Shown one piece after another: positions 1-8,521 of a stretch of DNA of 64,000 nucleotides (the first letter of the stretch is position 1; each line of letters opens with the position of its first letter). The position numbers and the translations under genes were made by a program. The notes under the pieces are model-generated. The model saw only the letters and a program-made list of their open reading frames with translations. It searched no databases and was not told the origin of the DNA. Origin of the DNA: an uncultured Chloroflexia bacterium (lineage in GTDB: Bacteria > Chloroflexota > Limnocylindria > Limnocylindrales > CSP1-4); the NCBI GenBank assembly GCA_963735785.1, contig CAVTMH010000003.1, positions 613,708 to 677,707 of the forward strand, in the 5' to 3' direction.

Positions 1-743
1 CGGGTCATCTGGGTCGCCAGGAACGAGACGCCGAAGATGAGGAAGATGCGGCGGACGATCGGGTCGGCGAGGACGCCGCGGAGCGCGCCGAACGCGAGGT
101 CGATGACGCGTCCCGTCGGGACGACCTCGGGCCGCACCTCGCGCGACCCGAACGCCACGAGCAACGCGGTCACGACCGACAGGCCCGCCGACAACCAGAA
201 GACCGCCGGCAGCGACCAGCCGAGGCCGTCGATCAGGAGACCGGCCAGGGCCGGGCCGACGGCGAACCCGATCGGCCCGGATGCCCCGAAGATCGCGATC
301 GTCGTGCCGAGCCGGCGGGAGGGCGTCACGTCGCGGATCCCGGCCAGCATGACCCCGGTATTCCCCAGCTGGAACCCGATGAGCAGGACGCTCAGGGCGA
401 GTTGCCACGGTTCCCTGGACAGCGCGACGCCGGCGAACACGACCGCCTCCACGAGCGCGCTCCGGACGATGACCGCCTTGCGGCTGTACTTGTCGGCCCA
501 GACGCCCCACAACGGGACGAGCGGCATCCCGACGACGAAGATCAGCGAGCCGAAGAGGCCCACGAATGCCAGCCGGTCCGCTTCCGGCACGCCCATGCCG
601 CGCAGGTAGGTCGGCAGCAGGGCGAAGATCTGGCTCACGCCGAGACCCTCGACGAGCGAGGTGATCCAGAAGACCGCGACCAGGACGCGCCAGTCCTGCG
701 CGGGGCGCGGCCGGCCCGGAGTTGGTCCGCGCTCGAGGGTCAC
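1..743 (-). CDS. MFS transporter, partial: N-terminal part in window, C-terminus lies beyond the window start
   Basis: My reverse-strand translation from the GTG at 743-741 gives VTLERGPTPGRPRPAQDWRVLVAVFWITSLVEGLGVSQIFALLPTYLRGMGVP..., a typical MFS N-terminus with TM helices and a D-R-x-G-R-[KR]-like loop. It is absent from the ORF track only because it is truncated at the window edge. Confidence 0.65.
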   Translation of the reverse strand, partial: MTLERGPTPGRPRPAQDWRVLVAVFWITSLVEGLGVSQIFALLPTYLRGMGVPEADRLAFVGLFGSLIFVVGMPLVPLWGVWADKYSRKAVIVRSALVEAVVFAGVALSREPWQLALSVLLIGFQLGNTGVMLAGIRDVTPSRRLGTTIAIFGASGPIGFAVGPALAGLLIDGLGWSLPAVFWLSAGLSVVTALLVAFGSREVRPEVVPTGRVIDLAFGALRGVLADPIVRRIFLIFGVSFLATQMT

Positions 744-1199
744 GGCGCGAGCCTACCGCGACCCGGATGCGGCGTGCCGCTCCCAGTGACGCGCCACCGC
801 TCCGCGTCGCGCACGGGCCGCGCACACGAAAGCGCCCGAAGGAACTGGTGGGAAAACCAGCCGGTCGGCCTCCCTTCGGCTCCGAACAAGTCCGGAGTCT
901 CCGGGTGCCGCCCGAGAACCTCGTCCGCTGGCCTTGCGACCCTCGAACCTGGTTCCCGAGACCGTCCCGAGGATCGCTCCCCGATGCGGTTCTGGCGGTT
1001 CGCACCTGCCCCTTCGGGCAAGACGAAATGTAGATGCAACGGTTTGGGGCCACAACCGCCTTATCCACGAACATCGGTCGTGGTCGCGCGACCTTATCCC
1101 CGACTTTCCCACCGCTGTGGACGGCCTGTGGAGAAGCAGCTTCGTAGGCATCCACAGGCATCGCGCCGGGCGTACAGTCTCCCCAGGGAGGTGTGAACC

Positions 1200-2072
1200 G
1201 TGGCTCGATTGCTGGCTCGCCTCGTGGCGATGAACGACGGCTGGGCGCGACCCCTCGGCGAATTCAACCGTCGTTGGGTCTCGGCGATCTTTCGGCCGAT
1301 CCGGCCGATCAGGGACCTGCTGAATGGTCGCTGGCTGGGCCATCCCCTTCATGCCGCATCGACCGATCTGCCGATCGGGCTGCTGCTGGGCGTCGTCGTC
1401 CTGGATGTCATCGGCCAGCCGGCCGCGGCTGACATCGTCCTGCTCGCGACGATCGTCACGATGCTGCTCTCGGCCCTCTCGGGCCTCGCCGACTACGCCG
1501 ATACCAACGGCACGGCCCTGACCCGAGCGACGCTGCATTCGACGCTCATGGTCGTCGCGCTCGTGCTGCTCGTGATCTCAGCCATCGTGCGAGCGGGCGG
1601 TCCCGCCGATCGGACCGTGCCGGTCGCGTCGTCGATCATCGGGTTCCTCATCGTGACCGCCGGGGCCTTCGTCGGCGGCGACGTCGTGTACGTCCTGGGA
1701 AACATGGTCAATCGCCACGCCTTCCGTGGCGCCGGTACGAAGTGGATCAGGCTGGACACCGGCGATGTCGCCGACCTTGCCGCGCTCCCGGAGGCGGCAC
1801 CCACGAAGATGCGCGCCGGCATCAACGACCTCGTCCTGGTCCGCCTGGGCGACACGATCCATGCCCTGCACGCGGTATGCGCCCACGCGGGCGGTCCGCT
1901 CGACGAGGGCACGATCGTCGACGGGTGCGTCGAGTGCCCGTGGCACGCCTCACGGTTCCGACTGAGCGATGGGCTCGCGCGCCAGGGACCGACCGTCTAC
2001 GACCAGCCGAGCTACGAGATCCGCAATGCAGAGGGCGGCGGGTACGAGGTGCGGCGCCGAGTCGTGACCTAG
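1200..2072 (+). CDS. Rieske (2Fe-2S) domain protein with N-terminal multi-TM (DUF2231-like) membrane domain
   Basis: GTG start preceded by GGGAGG. C-terminus carries CAHAGGPLDEGTIVDGCVECPWHASRF, the C-x-H...C-x-x-H Rieske motif. N-terminal half is hydrophobic helices. Confidence 0.8.
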   Translation: MARLLARLVAMNDGWARPLGEFNRRWVSAIFRPIRPIRDLLNGRWLGHPLHAASTDLPIGLLLGVVVLDVIGQPAAADIVLLATIVTMLLSALSGLADYADTNGTALTRATLHSTLMVVALVLLVISAIVRAGGPADRTVPVASSIIGFLIVTAGAFVGGDVVYVLGNMVNRHAFRGAGTKWIRLDTGDVADLAALPEAAPTKMRAGINDLVLVRLGDTIHALHAVCAHAGGPLDEGTIVDGCVECPWHASRFRLSDGLARQGPTVYDQPSYEIRNAEGGGYEVRRRVVT

Positions 2073-2085
2073 GCAGACCCCCCGG

Positions 2086-2622
2086 GTGTCCACGCTCGTC
2101 CTGCCCGACCCCAGCCTCGTCGTCATGGTCGGGGCAGCAGGCTCCGGGAAGTCCACGCTCGCAGCCCGTCTGTTCGAACCGCACGAGATCCTCTCCTCGG
2201 ATGCCCTGCGCGCCGCGGTGTCGGGGAGCGAGGCCGATCAGTCCGCCTCGGCGGTCGCGTTCCGCATCCTCCACGATACGCTCGGCCGGCGCCTCGACCG
2301 TGGCGACATGACGGTCGTCGATGCCACGAACACGAAGGCCGATCAGCGGCGCCCGCTCCTCGCCGCCGCGCGGCGCGCCCGTGTCCCAGCCATCGCGATC
2401 GTCCTCGACCTGCCATCACGCATGGTCCTCGCCCAGAACGGCAAGCGAGCCGCGCGTGTCGTCGAGCGTGACGTCGTCAAGCGCCACCTCGCGGCCGTCA
2501 GACGCACCGTCGACGACGGGCAGCTGACGAGGGAGGGCTTCGATCACGTCATCCATCTCCGCGCGCCGCGCGACGTGGCTGGCCTCCACGTCGAGCGCCG
2601 GGTCAGGAAACCGGTCGCGTGA
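2086..2622 (+). CDS. P-loop NTPase, AAA_33-like (polynucleotide-kinase-like ATP-binding protein)
   Basis: Walker A GAAGSGKST near the N-terminus followed by DATN. Small (178 aa) kinase-like fold. Confidence 0.6.
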   Translation: MSTLVLPDPSLVVMVGAAGSGKSTLAARLFEPHEILSSDALRAAVSGSEADQSASAVAFRILHDTLGRRLDRGDMTVVDATNTKADQRRPLLAAARRARVPAIAIVLDLPSRMVLAQNGKRAARVVERDVVKRHLAAVRRTVDDGQLTREGFDHVIHLRAPRDVAGLHVERRVRKPVA

Positions 2623-2680
2623 CTCGACCGAACGGCCGTGCCCGGAGCTCTACCCAGACCCCCGTTGCGCAGCGGGCAGT

Positions 2681-3538
2681 CTACGCGGAGCCCAAGCCGA
2701 TGAGGACGATCGCCGCAGCCGCGAGGGCGATCCCGACCGTGTGATCGCGGGTCACGCGTTCGCGGAGCACGAGCGCTGCCAGGATGACGGTGGCCACCGG
2801 GTACAGCGCCGACAGCACGGACGCAACGGCCAGCGCACCGGTCTGGACCGCGAGCAGGTAGAAGCTGTTGCCGGCCATGTCCAGCACGCCGACGACGACG
2901 ATCGCCGGCACCGCGTCCGTGGGCGGGCGCCATTTCGCACGGGTGACCAGCACGATGGCGATCACGAGGGCACCCTGGACGAGCCGGATGACGGTGAGCG
3001 AGCTGAAGACCTGACCCTCGCTCAGCCCGGAGATGACGATGCCGAACGAGCCGATCGCCACACCGGCGACCAGCGCCTCGGTCAGCCCGGCCCGCCCGCC
3101 GCCCTCGTCGGCCACACGCGAGACGAGCACGACGGCGAGGATCGCCAGCCCGATGCCGGCGAGGACCATGACGCCCGGGACACCCTCGAGGACGATCCCG
3201 GCCGCGACCGGGATGACCGCCGCCAGAACACCGGTCACCGGCGCGACGATGCCCATCCGGCCGATCGCGAGCCCGCGATAGAGGGCGGTGATCCCGAGAC
3301 CACCGGCCACGCCGGCGAGCAGGCATAGCAGCAGGTCCGTGCCGGTCGGGACTGCCTCCGCGCGCACGAACGCGAGGCCGAGCGCGATCGTCATCCCGAC
3401 GAACTGGGACAGCAGGACGACGCCGTATACTGGGGCGCGTCGACTGAGCAGCCCGCCACCGAAATCGCCGGCGCCCCACGCCGCAGCGGCGGCGAGGCCA
3501 AGGACGACTGTCGCGCTGCCGGCGGGCAGGGAATCGAT
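2681..3538 (-). CDS. DMT/EamA family transporter; start codon unresolved
   Basis: ORF track gives 2681..3394 (EamA-like hydrophobic repeats). By hand the same frame stays open and membrane-like (…LPAGSATVVLGLAAAAAWGAGDFGGGLLSRRAPVYGVVLLSQFVG-M…) up to the sbcC-like stop at 3538, with no ATG/GTG in between. The true start is therefore non-canonical or lies between 3394 and 3538. Confidence 0.6.
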   Translation of the reverse strand: MDSLPAGSATVVLGLAAAAAWGAGDFGGGLLSRRAPVYGVVLLSQFVGMTIALGLAFVRAEAVPTGTDLLLCLLAGVAGGLGITALYRGLAIGRMGIVAPVTGVLAAVIPVAAGIVLEGVPGVMVLAGIGLAILAVVLVSRVADEGGGRAGLTEALVAGVAIGSFGIVISGLSEGQVFSSLTVIRLVQGALVIAIVLVTRAKWRPPTDAVPAIVVVGVLDMAGNSFYLLAVQTGALAVASVLSALYPVATVILAALVLRERVTRDHTVGIALAAAAIVLIGLGSA

Positions 3539-5754
3539 CAGGCGCCGACTCCCGTGGCCGCGGGCTCCTCCCGAGCGAGCGCGGGATCGTCCACGCCCTC
3601 GTCGACCGCGGTCGGTCCTGGCAGCTCGACGACGGCGTCGGCCACGCTGTCATACCGATCCGAGGTCGTCAGGTAGATGATCTGGAAGTCGGATGCGACC
3701 CGCCTGAGCAGGTCCAACGCCCGCGACGCGCGGGTGTCGTCGAGCGTCACGAACGGATCGTCGAACACGAGCGGCGGTCGTCGATCGCCGGTCACCAGCC
3801 GCACGAGCCCAAGCCGGGCGGTGAGGTAGACCAGGTCGAGCGTCCCCTGGCTCAGGCTGCCGACCGGCACCCAATCGTCGCGTTCGGGGGCGTGCACGTC
3901 GATGTCGAGGGTCTTGTCGTCCACGCGGATCCGTCGGTAGCGGCCGCCAGTGACCGTGGCGATGTCGCGGACCATGTGCCCCTCGAGGTAGCGCGTGGCG
4001 GTCTTCATCGTCGCGACCTCGGCATGCTCGATGGATCGCAGCGTCGTCTCGAGCACCCGATGACGCCGGCGCAGCGTCTCGAGCTGTTCGCGCGAGCCCG
4101 CGAGACGCTCGGCCTCTGCCGCCACCTCCTCGGCATCGACCGCGTTGGCCTCGACCCGAGCACGGGCGTTCGCCTCGTCGTCGCGGGCGCGCTCGAGACT
4201 GGCTTCCTGGTCGCGGACCTCGACTTCGAGCCGCTCACGGGCCCGCGGCTCCTTGGCGATCGGGCCGAGGTGCTCGAGCGCGCTCGTCTTCTGATCGATC
4301 TCGAGGGCGGACGCGTCTCGCAGCGTCCCCAGTGTCTCGCGCGGCTCCTTGCCGACCAGTCCCTCGAGCTGCGCGGAGAGCTGGTCCATCCGACCGACGT
4401 GGGCTTCCTCACGGCTCAGCATGTCTTCGGCGCTTGCCAGGTCCTCGAGGCCGAGCGCGCCCAGCTGCTGCACGGTGTCGATCTCGGCCTGGCGCAGCTC
4501 CGCCTCCATCTCCGACCGACCGCGCAGGCGTCGATCGATCTCGACGTCGCGCAACTGCTCCTGCATCTGCGACCCGCGTCGGAGCCAGAACGCGACGAGC
4601 GTGAGGATGAGTCCGATGCCGGCCATGGCCGCCCCGAGGTAGAGCGGAGCGGCGCCGAGATCGAGGACGCCGACGGTCGCCGCGAGGAACGACCCACCGG
4701 CAACGACGACGCCGAGCAGGACGAGCAGCATGCCCCACCGCGAGAGCGGGCGCCAGGTCGGCTCGGGCGCGACGTCGAACTGGACGGCGACCTCGCCGGA
4801 CAGCGCCGCGTTGAGCTCGCGGATGCGGGTATCGAGCGAGCGGAGCCGCTCGACGCTCTGGCGGACGACCGGGAGCGGGTTCGGGGACGGGTGGGTCTGG
4901 GCCAGGCCATCGAGCTCCGCTGCGACCTCGACCGCCTCGCGATATCGCTCATAGCGCTCCTGGGCGGCCGTGCGCTCCGCGAGCAGGCGCTCTGCCTGGC
5001 GCGCCTTCTCGAGCATGCTCCGTCGCTCGACGAGGGAGGTTTCGACCGCGGTGCGACGCTCGCGTGCCCCGGACAGCGAATCGCGGTCCTGTTCGAGCCG
5101 GGCGAGCGCGAGCTCACCCTGCTCGAGCGACTGCGCCGACGCCGATACCGCGTCCTCGACGATCTTGAGGCGGCCGGGGTTCTTGTCGCCCTTCGTCGCC
5201 AGGCCGTGGAGCGCGCGCTCGAGCTTCTTCTTCGCTCTTCCGGTGCCCCGGTCCGCGCCGCTGATGCTGGCCTGCAACCGGTCCCGCAGCGCGCTCTCGT
5301 CGCGAGCGAGGTCGCTGAGCTCGTGATGGCGGACCGACGCGGTCGAGCGGAAGAACGGTTCGGTCGGGATGCCGGAGAGCTCGGCCAGGACCTGGTCGGC
5401 GAGCGCCGGGTCGGTGATCGCCGGCTGACCGTCGTACTCGAGGCTGACCGTCCCCCGCTGACCTGCAAAGGTCTTCTGGAGCGTCCCGGTCACCTTGCGG
5501 CCGTCCTCCTCGTCCTGCTCGAATTCGATCGCGATCCATGTCCGGGCCTCGCCCTCGGCATCCCACGGCCGCAGCGATTCGAGGTCCGCGGCGGTGCTCG
5601 TGACACGCCTGGTGATCGCAAGCTCGATGGCCCGCTGGATCGTCGACTTCCCCGCCTCGTTCGGCCCACGCACCACCGTGACACCGGGCGCCAAATCGAT
5701 ATCGAGCTCGCGATAACGGCGCAGGTCGCGGATCTGGAGCCGCCGGATCCTCAC
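3538..5754 (-). CDS. SbcC-like AAA ATPase (SMC/Rad50-type, long coiled coil with an internal TM hairpin)
   Basis: N-terminal Walker A GPNEAGKST and C-terminal Walker B/D-loop LVFDDPFVTLDD. About 500 aa of coiled coil with heptad E/R/L repeats. Two hydrophobic helices (LLVLLGVVVAGGSFLAATVGVL…AMAGIGLILTLVAFWL) sit in the middle. GTG start overlaps the sbcD-like stop (GTGA). Confidence 0.8.
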   Translation of the reverse strand: MRIRRLQIRDLRRYRELDIDLAPGVTVVRGPNEAGKSTIQRAIELAITRRVTSTAADLESLRPWDAEGEARTWIAIEFEQDEEDGRKVTGTLQKTFAGQRGTVSLEYDGQPAITDPALADQVLAELSGIPTEPFFRSTASVRHHELSDLARDESALRDRLQASISGADRGTGRAKKKLERALHGLATKGDKNPGRLKIVEDAVSASAQSLEQGELALARLEQDRDSLSGARERRTAVETSLVERRSMLEKARQAERLLAERTAAQERYERYREAVEVAAELDGLAQTHPSPNPLPVVRQSVERLRSLDTRIRELNAALSGEVAVQFDVAPEPTWRPLSRWGMLLVLLGVVVAGGSFLAATVGVLDLGAAPLYLGAAMAGIGLILTLVAFWLRRGSQMQEQLRDVEIDRRLRGRSEMEAELRQAEIDTVQQLGALGLEDLASAEDMLSREEAHVGRMDQLSAQLEGLVGKEPRETLGTLRDASALEIDQKTSALEHLGPIAKEPRARERLEVEVRDQEASLERARDDEANARARVEANAVDAEEVAAEAERLAGSREQLETLRRRHRVLETTLRSIEHAEVATMKTATRYLEGHMVRDIATVTGGRYRRIRVDDKTLDIDVHAPERDDWVPVGSLSQGTLDLVYLTARLGLVRLVTGDRRPPLVFDDPFVTLDDTRASRALDLLRRVASDFQIIYLTTSDRYDSVADAVVELPGPTAVDEGVDDPALAREEPAATGVGA

Positions 5755-6944
5755 AGCGACACCTCGTGGCCGGCCAGCAGGAGCCGGCCCAGGCGCAAGG
5801 CGTCGCGCAGCTCGGCAGCCTCGGCCGAGGGATCCTGCGCGCCCGCATTGGGGACCGCCCCGGCCTCGAGCTCGGCGATCCGCGCTTCGAGGTCGCGGAT
5901 GAACGCCCCGGCGATCGTGTCGGGCGGCGGCAGCGCGCCCTCGGTCAGGGCAGGCAGGCTCACGTCGCGCACGCGCACCTTCAGGAACGACCCGGCCAGC
6001 GCCGCCTCGATCTCGTCGAGATGCAGGTCGAGCTCGTCCGGCCGGACGCCGACGACGCGCGCGTCCAGGACGAGATCCGGGTTGCCCTTCTTGCGAAGGC
6101 TCTCGATCAATGCCGGCTGTGAGGTGACGCTCCCGGCGTCGATCTCCACCTTCTCAAAGCGCGTGGCACCGACCTGCCGTTCCTGGACCGTGATCGAGCG
6201 ACGACCGTCGGTCTCCTCCAGCTCCACGAGCAGGACCTTGCCCGCCCGGTCCTGGGTCAGTGCCACCGGCTCCGGCGCTCCGGCAAAGGCATAGGTGACC
6301 CCACCGGAACGACCCTGTTGCGTCGAATGCCAGTGGCCGAGGGCGAGGTAGTCGAACCCCGTCGCGGCGATCTCGTCGGCGGTGATCACGACGTCGTCAC
6401 GCTCGGTCTTGCCCGGGATGAAGATCGAGCCGTGGACCATGCCGATCCTCCAGGTGGCCGGCGCGTCGCCGGGTCGACCGGCGAGGTCTCGCAACGGGCT
6501 GTGCGGTGCCTTCTTCGTCGCGAACACCGGACCGTGGACGATGGCGTCACACGCCGTGACGTGGACACTCGGCCGGTCGGGGGTGAGGACCGTCACGAGA
6601 TCGTCGTTGGGGCCACTCCCCGCGAGCGCCGCGAGGTCGTAGGCACGATAGATCGAGGCGCGGTCGTAACAGTCGTGCGTGCCCGGGATGATGACCGTCC
6701 GGATCTTCGACTCGGCCAGGCGCTTGAGCTGCTCGGCGACACGCTCGACCGAGCGGCGCGGCTGGACGTTGCTGTCGAACAGGTCGCCGGCGATCAGGAA
6801 GAGATCGACCTTCTCGGCGAGCGCGAGATCGATGGCGGCAGCAAAGGCGGCGAACTGCCGCTCCCGCTGGGCACTCGCCTGCTCGCCGAGGTCGTCGTGT
6901 CGTGCTCCGAGATGGACATCGGCGGTATGGATGATCCGTAGCAT
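5751..6944 (-). CDS. SbcD/Mre11-like metallophosphoesterase (DNA repair exonuclease nuclease subunit)
   Basis: MLRIIHTADVHLG…GDLFD…GTHD…GHWH calcineurin-like phosphoesterase motifs. Translationally coupled to the downstream ATPase gene. Confidence 0.8.
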   Translation of the reverse strand: MLRIIHTADVHLGARHDDLGEQASAQRERQFAAFAAAIDLALAEKVDLFLIAGDLFDSNVQPRRSVERVAEQLKRLAESKIRTVIIPGTHDCYDRASIYRAYDLAALAGSGPNDDLVTVLTPDRPSVHVTACDAIVHGPVFATKKAPHSPLRDLAGRPGDAPATWRIGMVHGSIFIPGKTERDDVVITADEIAATGFDYLALGHWHSTQQGRSGGVTYAFAGAPEPVALTQDRAGKVLLVELEETDGRRSITVQERQVGATRFEKVEIDAGSVTSQPALIESLRKKGNPDLVLDARVVGVRPDELDLHLDEIEAALAGSFLKVRVRDVSLPALTEGALPPPDTIAGAFIRDLEARIAELEAGAVPNAGAQDPSAEAAELRDALRLGRLLLAGHEVSL

Positions 6945-7313
6945 CCGCTGGGGCAGGGCCTCCGTGGTCGGCGTCTTGGTCGATCACGATCCGGTTCGCG
7001 CAAGCTACGTGGGTCTGGCGCGAGCGAGGCGCCCCCATGACTCCCCGCTCGCCGCCCCGGATCCTCGCCGGTCATTGTGACAGGTCGCTTGTCACGGCCG
7101 CCACCCCCGTCCGGGCCTGCGATGTCCGAATTTTCGACCCGTTGTATCCTGCGCCGCACTAGAACCGGTGCGCCCCGCAAAACAGGGACTCCCACATCGG
7201 CACCTGGGTCAGCGCGGGCCCGGCTTCTCTCGCCAGACCACGCATCCCCGTCCGCCGATGCGGCCGCCCCAGGTGGCGCACCCCCGCCGACCAACGCGTC
7301 CCGGAGGAGCATC

Positions 7314-7652
7314 GTGACCTACGTCGATCGGACCCTGAACTGCGTGGACTGTGGCGTCGAATTCATCCATTCGGCCGCGGACCAGGAGTACTACGTCCAG
7401 AAGGGGTTCTCCAGCGATCCGAAGCGGTGCACGAGCTGCCGCGCGAGCCGGCGAGCCGCCCGAGACGGTGGGTACGACGTGCGCGACATCGGGGGCCCCC
7501 GAGGCTACGAGCGCGGCGATGATCGCCCGAACCGCGAGTACTTCGCGGTGGTCTGCTCATCCTGCGGGAACCAGGCCCAGGTGCCCTTCAAGCCGCGTAT
7601 GGACCGCCCGGTCTACTGCTCGGATTGCTTCCGGACGGTCCGCCCCGACTGA
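7314..7652 (+). CDS. CxxC-x17-CxxC zinc-ribbon domain protein
   Basis: GTG start 6 nt after GGAGGAG. The LNCVDCGVEFIHSAADQEYYVQKGF…KRCTSCR motif is repeated as VVCSSCGNQAQVPFKPRMDRPVYCSDCF. The longer track ORF 7077..7652 is an upstream extension without RBS. Confidence 0.7.
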   Translation: MTYVDRTLNCVDCGVEFIHSAADQEYYVQKGFSSDPKRCTSCRASRRAARDGGYDVRDIGGPRGYERGDDRPNREYFAVVCSSCGNQAQVPFKPRMDRPVYCSDCFRTVRPD

Positions 7653-7782
7653 CGCGCCCCACAATGACGGCGCCGGCGTTCGTCGATCGCTGCGCGCGTC
7701 GCTCACGCACCTTGGGGTGCGCTCGCTTCCGTGCTCGCTCTCGCCTTCGCCGGCACCATCCCTGCGGCGCGCTTCGCTATAT

Positions 7783-8490
7783 CTAGGTTCGGAACGTCTC
7801 GCCCGCGCGGAAGCGTTCGCGGCGGCGCCCACGCCAGACCGTGACCCGCGCGGCGCCGTGGACCTGCCAGGCGCCGTCCCGGCCGACGACGGCGGTCTGC
7901 TCATCGATCCCGAGCACGACCGATCCGCGCGGCGCCTGCAGCGCGATCAGCGCGGACATCGACTCCGGCCACGCGTCGTAGTGCGGCACGACCGAGACCC
8001 CCCGCGCAAACCCGAGTCCCCGCGCCCAGCGCAACGGCCACGGCGCGAACCGCACCCGGAAATCGAAGGCGTGGCCGGCCAGGATCATCGCACCGGCCGA
8101 GCAGCCTGCCAGCACCGCGCCACGCTCATGCGCCCCCAGCAGGGCGGCACCGACGGCGCTGCCCTCGAGCGATCTCCGCAGGTACTCAGGCTTCCCGCCA
8201 GAGAGGTAGATGAGGTCGGCCTCGCCGACCGCTTGCGCGGCTGCCGGGTCGTCCGCCCCGGCGCGATCCCGGACGAGCAGCGGCTCCACCTCCGCCCCGA
8301 GGCCGGCGAAGTGGGCCGCGCCCATCGCCGCCCAGCGCTGGAAGACGTCCTCGCCGTCGGGGAATGACGCCGTCGGCAGGACGGCCACACGCGGCCGCGC
8401 CACACCGGTCGATGCCAGCAGACCCGCATCGATCTCGGCCATGGCCGGGAGGAACTCACCGGCGCCTACGAGCACCACGGGTCCGGGCAT
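7783..8490 (-). CDS. Peptidase S51 family (cyanophycinase / dipeptidase E-like, class-I glutamine amidotransferase fold)
   Basis: LSGGKPEYL…GAVLAGCSAGAMIL nucleophile-elbow region typical of S51. The internal ATG at 8490 (MPGPVVLVGAGEF) was chosen because the longer ORF overlaps the divergent MFS gene. Confidence 0.6.
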   Translation of the reverse strand: MPGPVVLVGAGEFLPAMAEIDAGLLASTGVARPRVAVLPTASFPDGEDVFQRWAAMGAAHFAGLGAEVEPLLVRDRAGADDPAAAQAVGEADLIYLSGGKPEYLRRSLEGSAVGAALLGAHERGAVLAGCSAGAMILAGHAFDFRVRFAPWPLRWARGLGFARGVSVVPHYDAWPESMSALIALQAPRGSVVLGIDEQTAVVGRDGAWQVHGAARVTVWRGRRRERFRAGETFRT

Positions 8491-8521
8491 ACCGCGAGAG
8501 TCTATCTGCGAGACTGCGAGC

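Noticed and set aside
744-1199. Possible RNase P / SRP / riboswitch RNA in the MFS-Rieske intergenic region (contains AAGTCCGG, which is reminiscent of RNase P P4)
   Set aside because: Other universally conserved RNase P or SRP elements could not be found by eye. Kept only as an unexplained structured leader (see finding).
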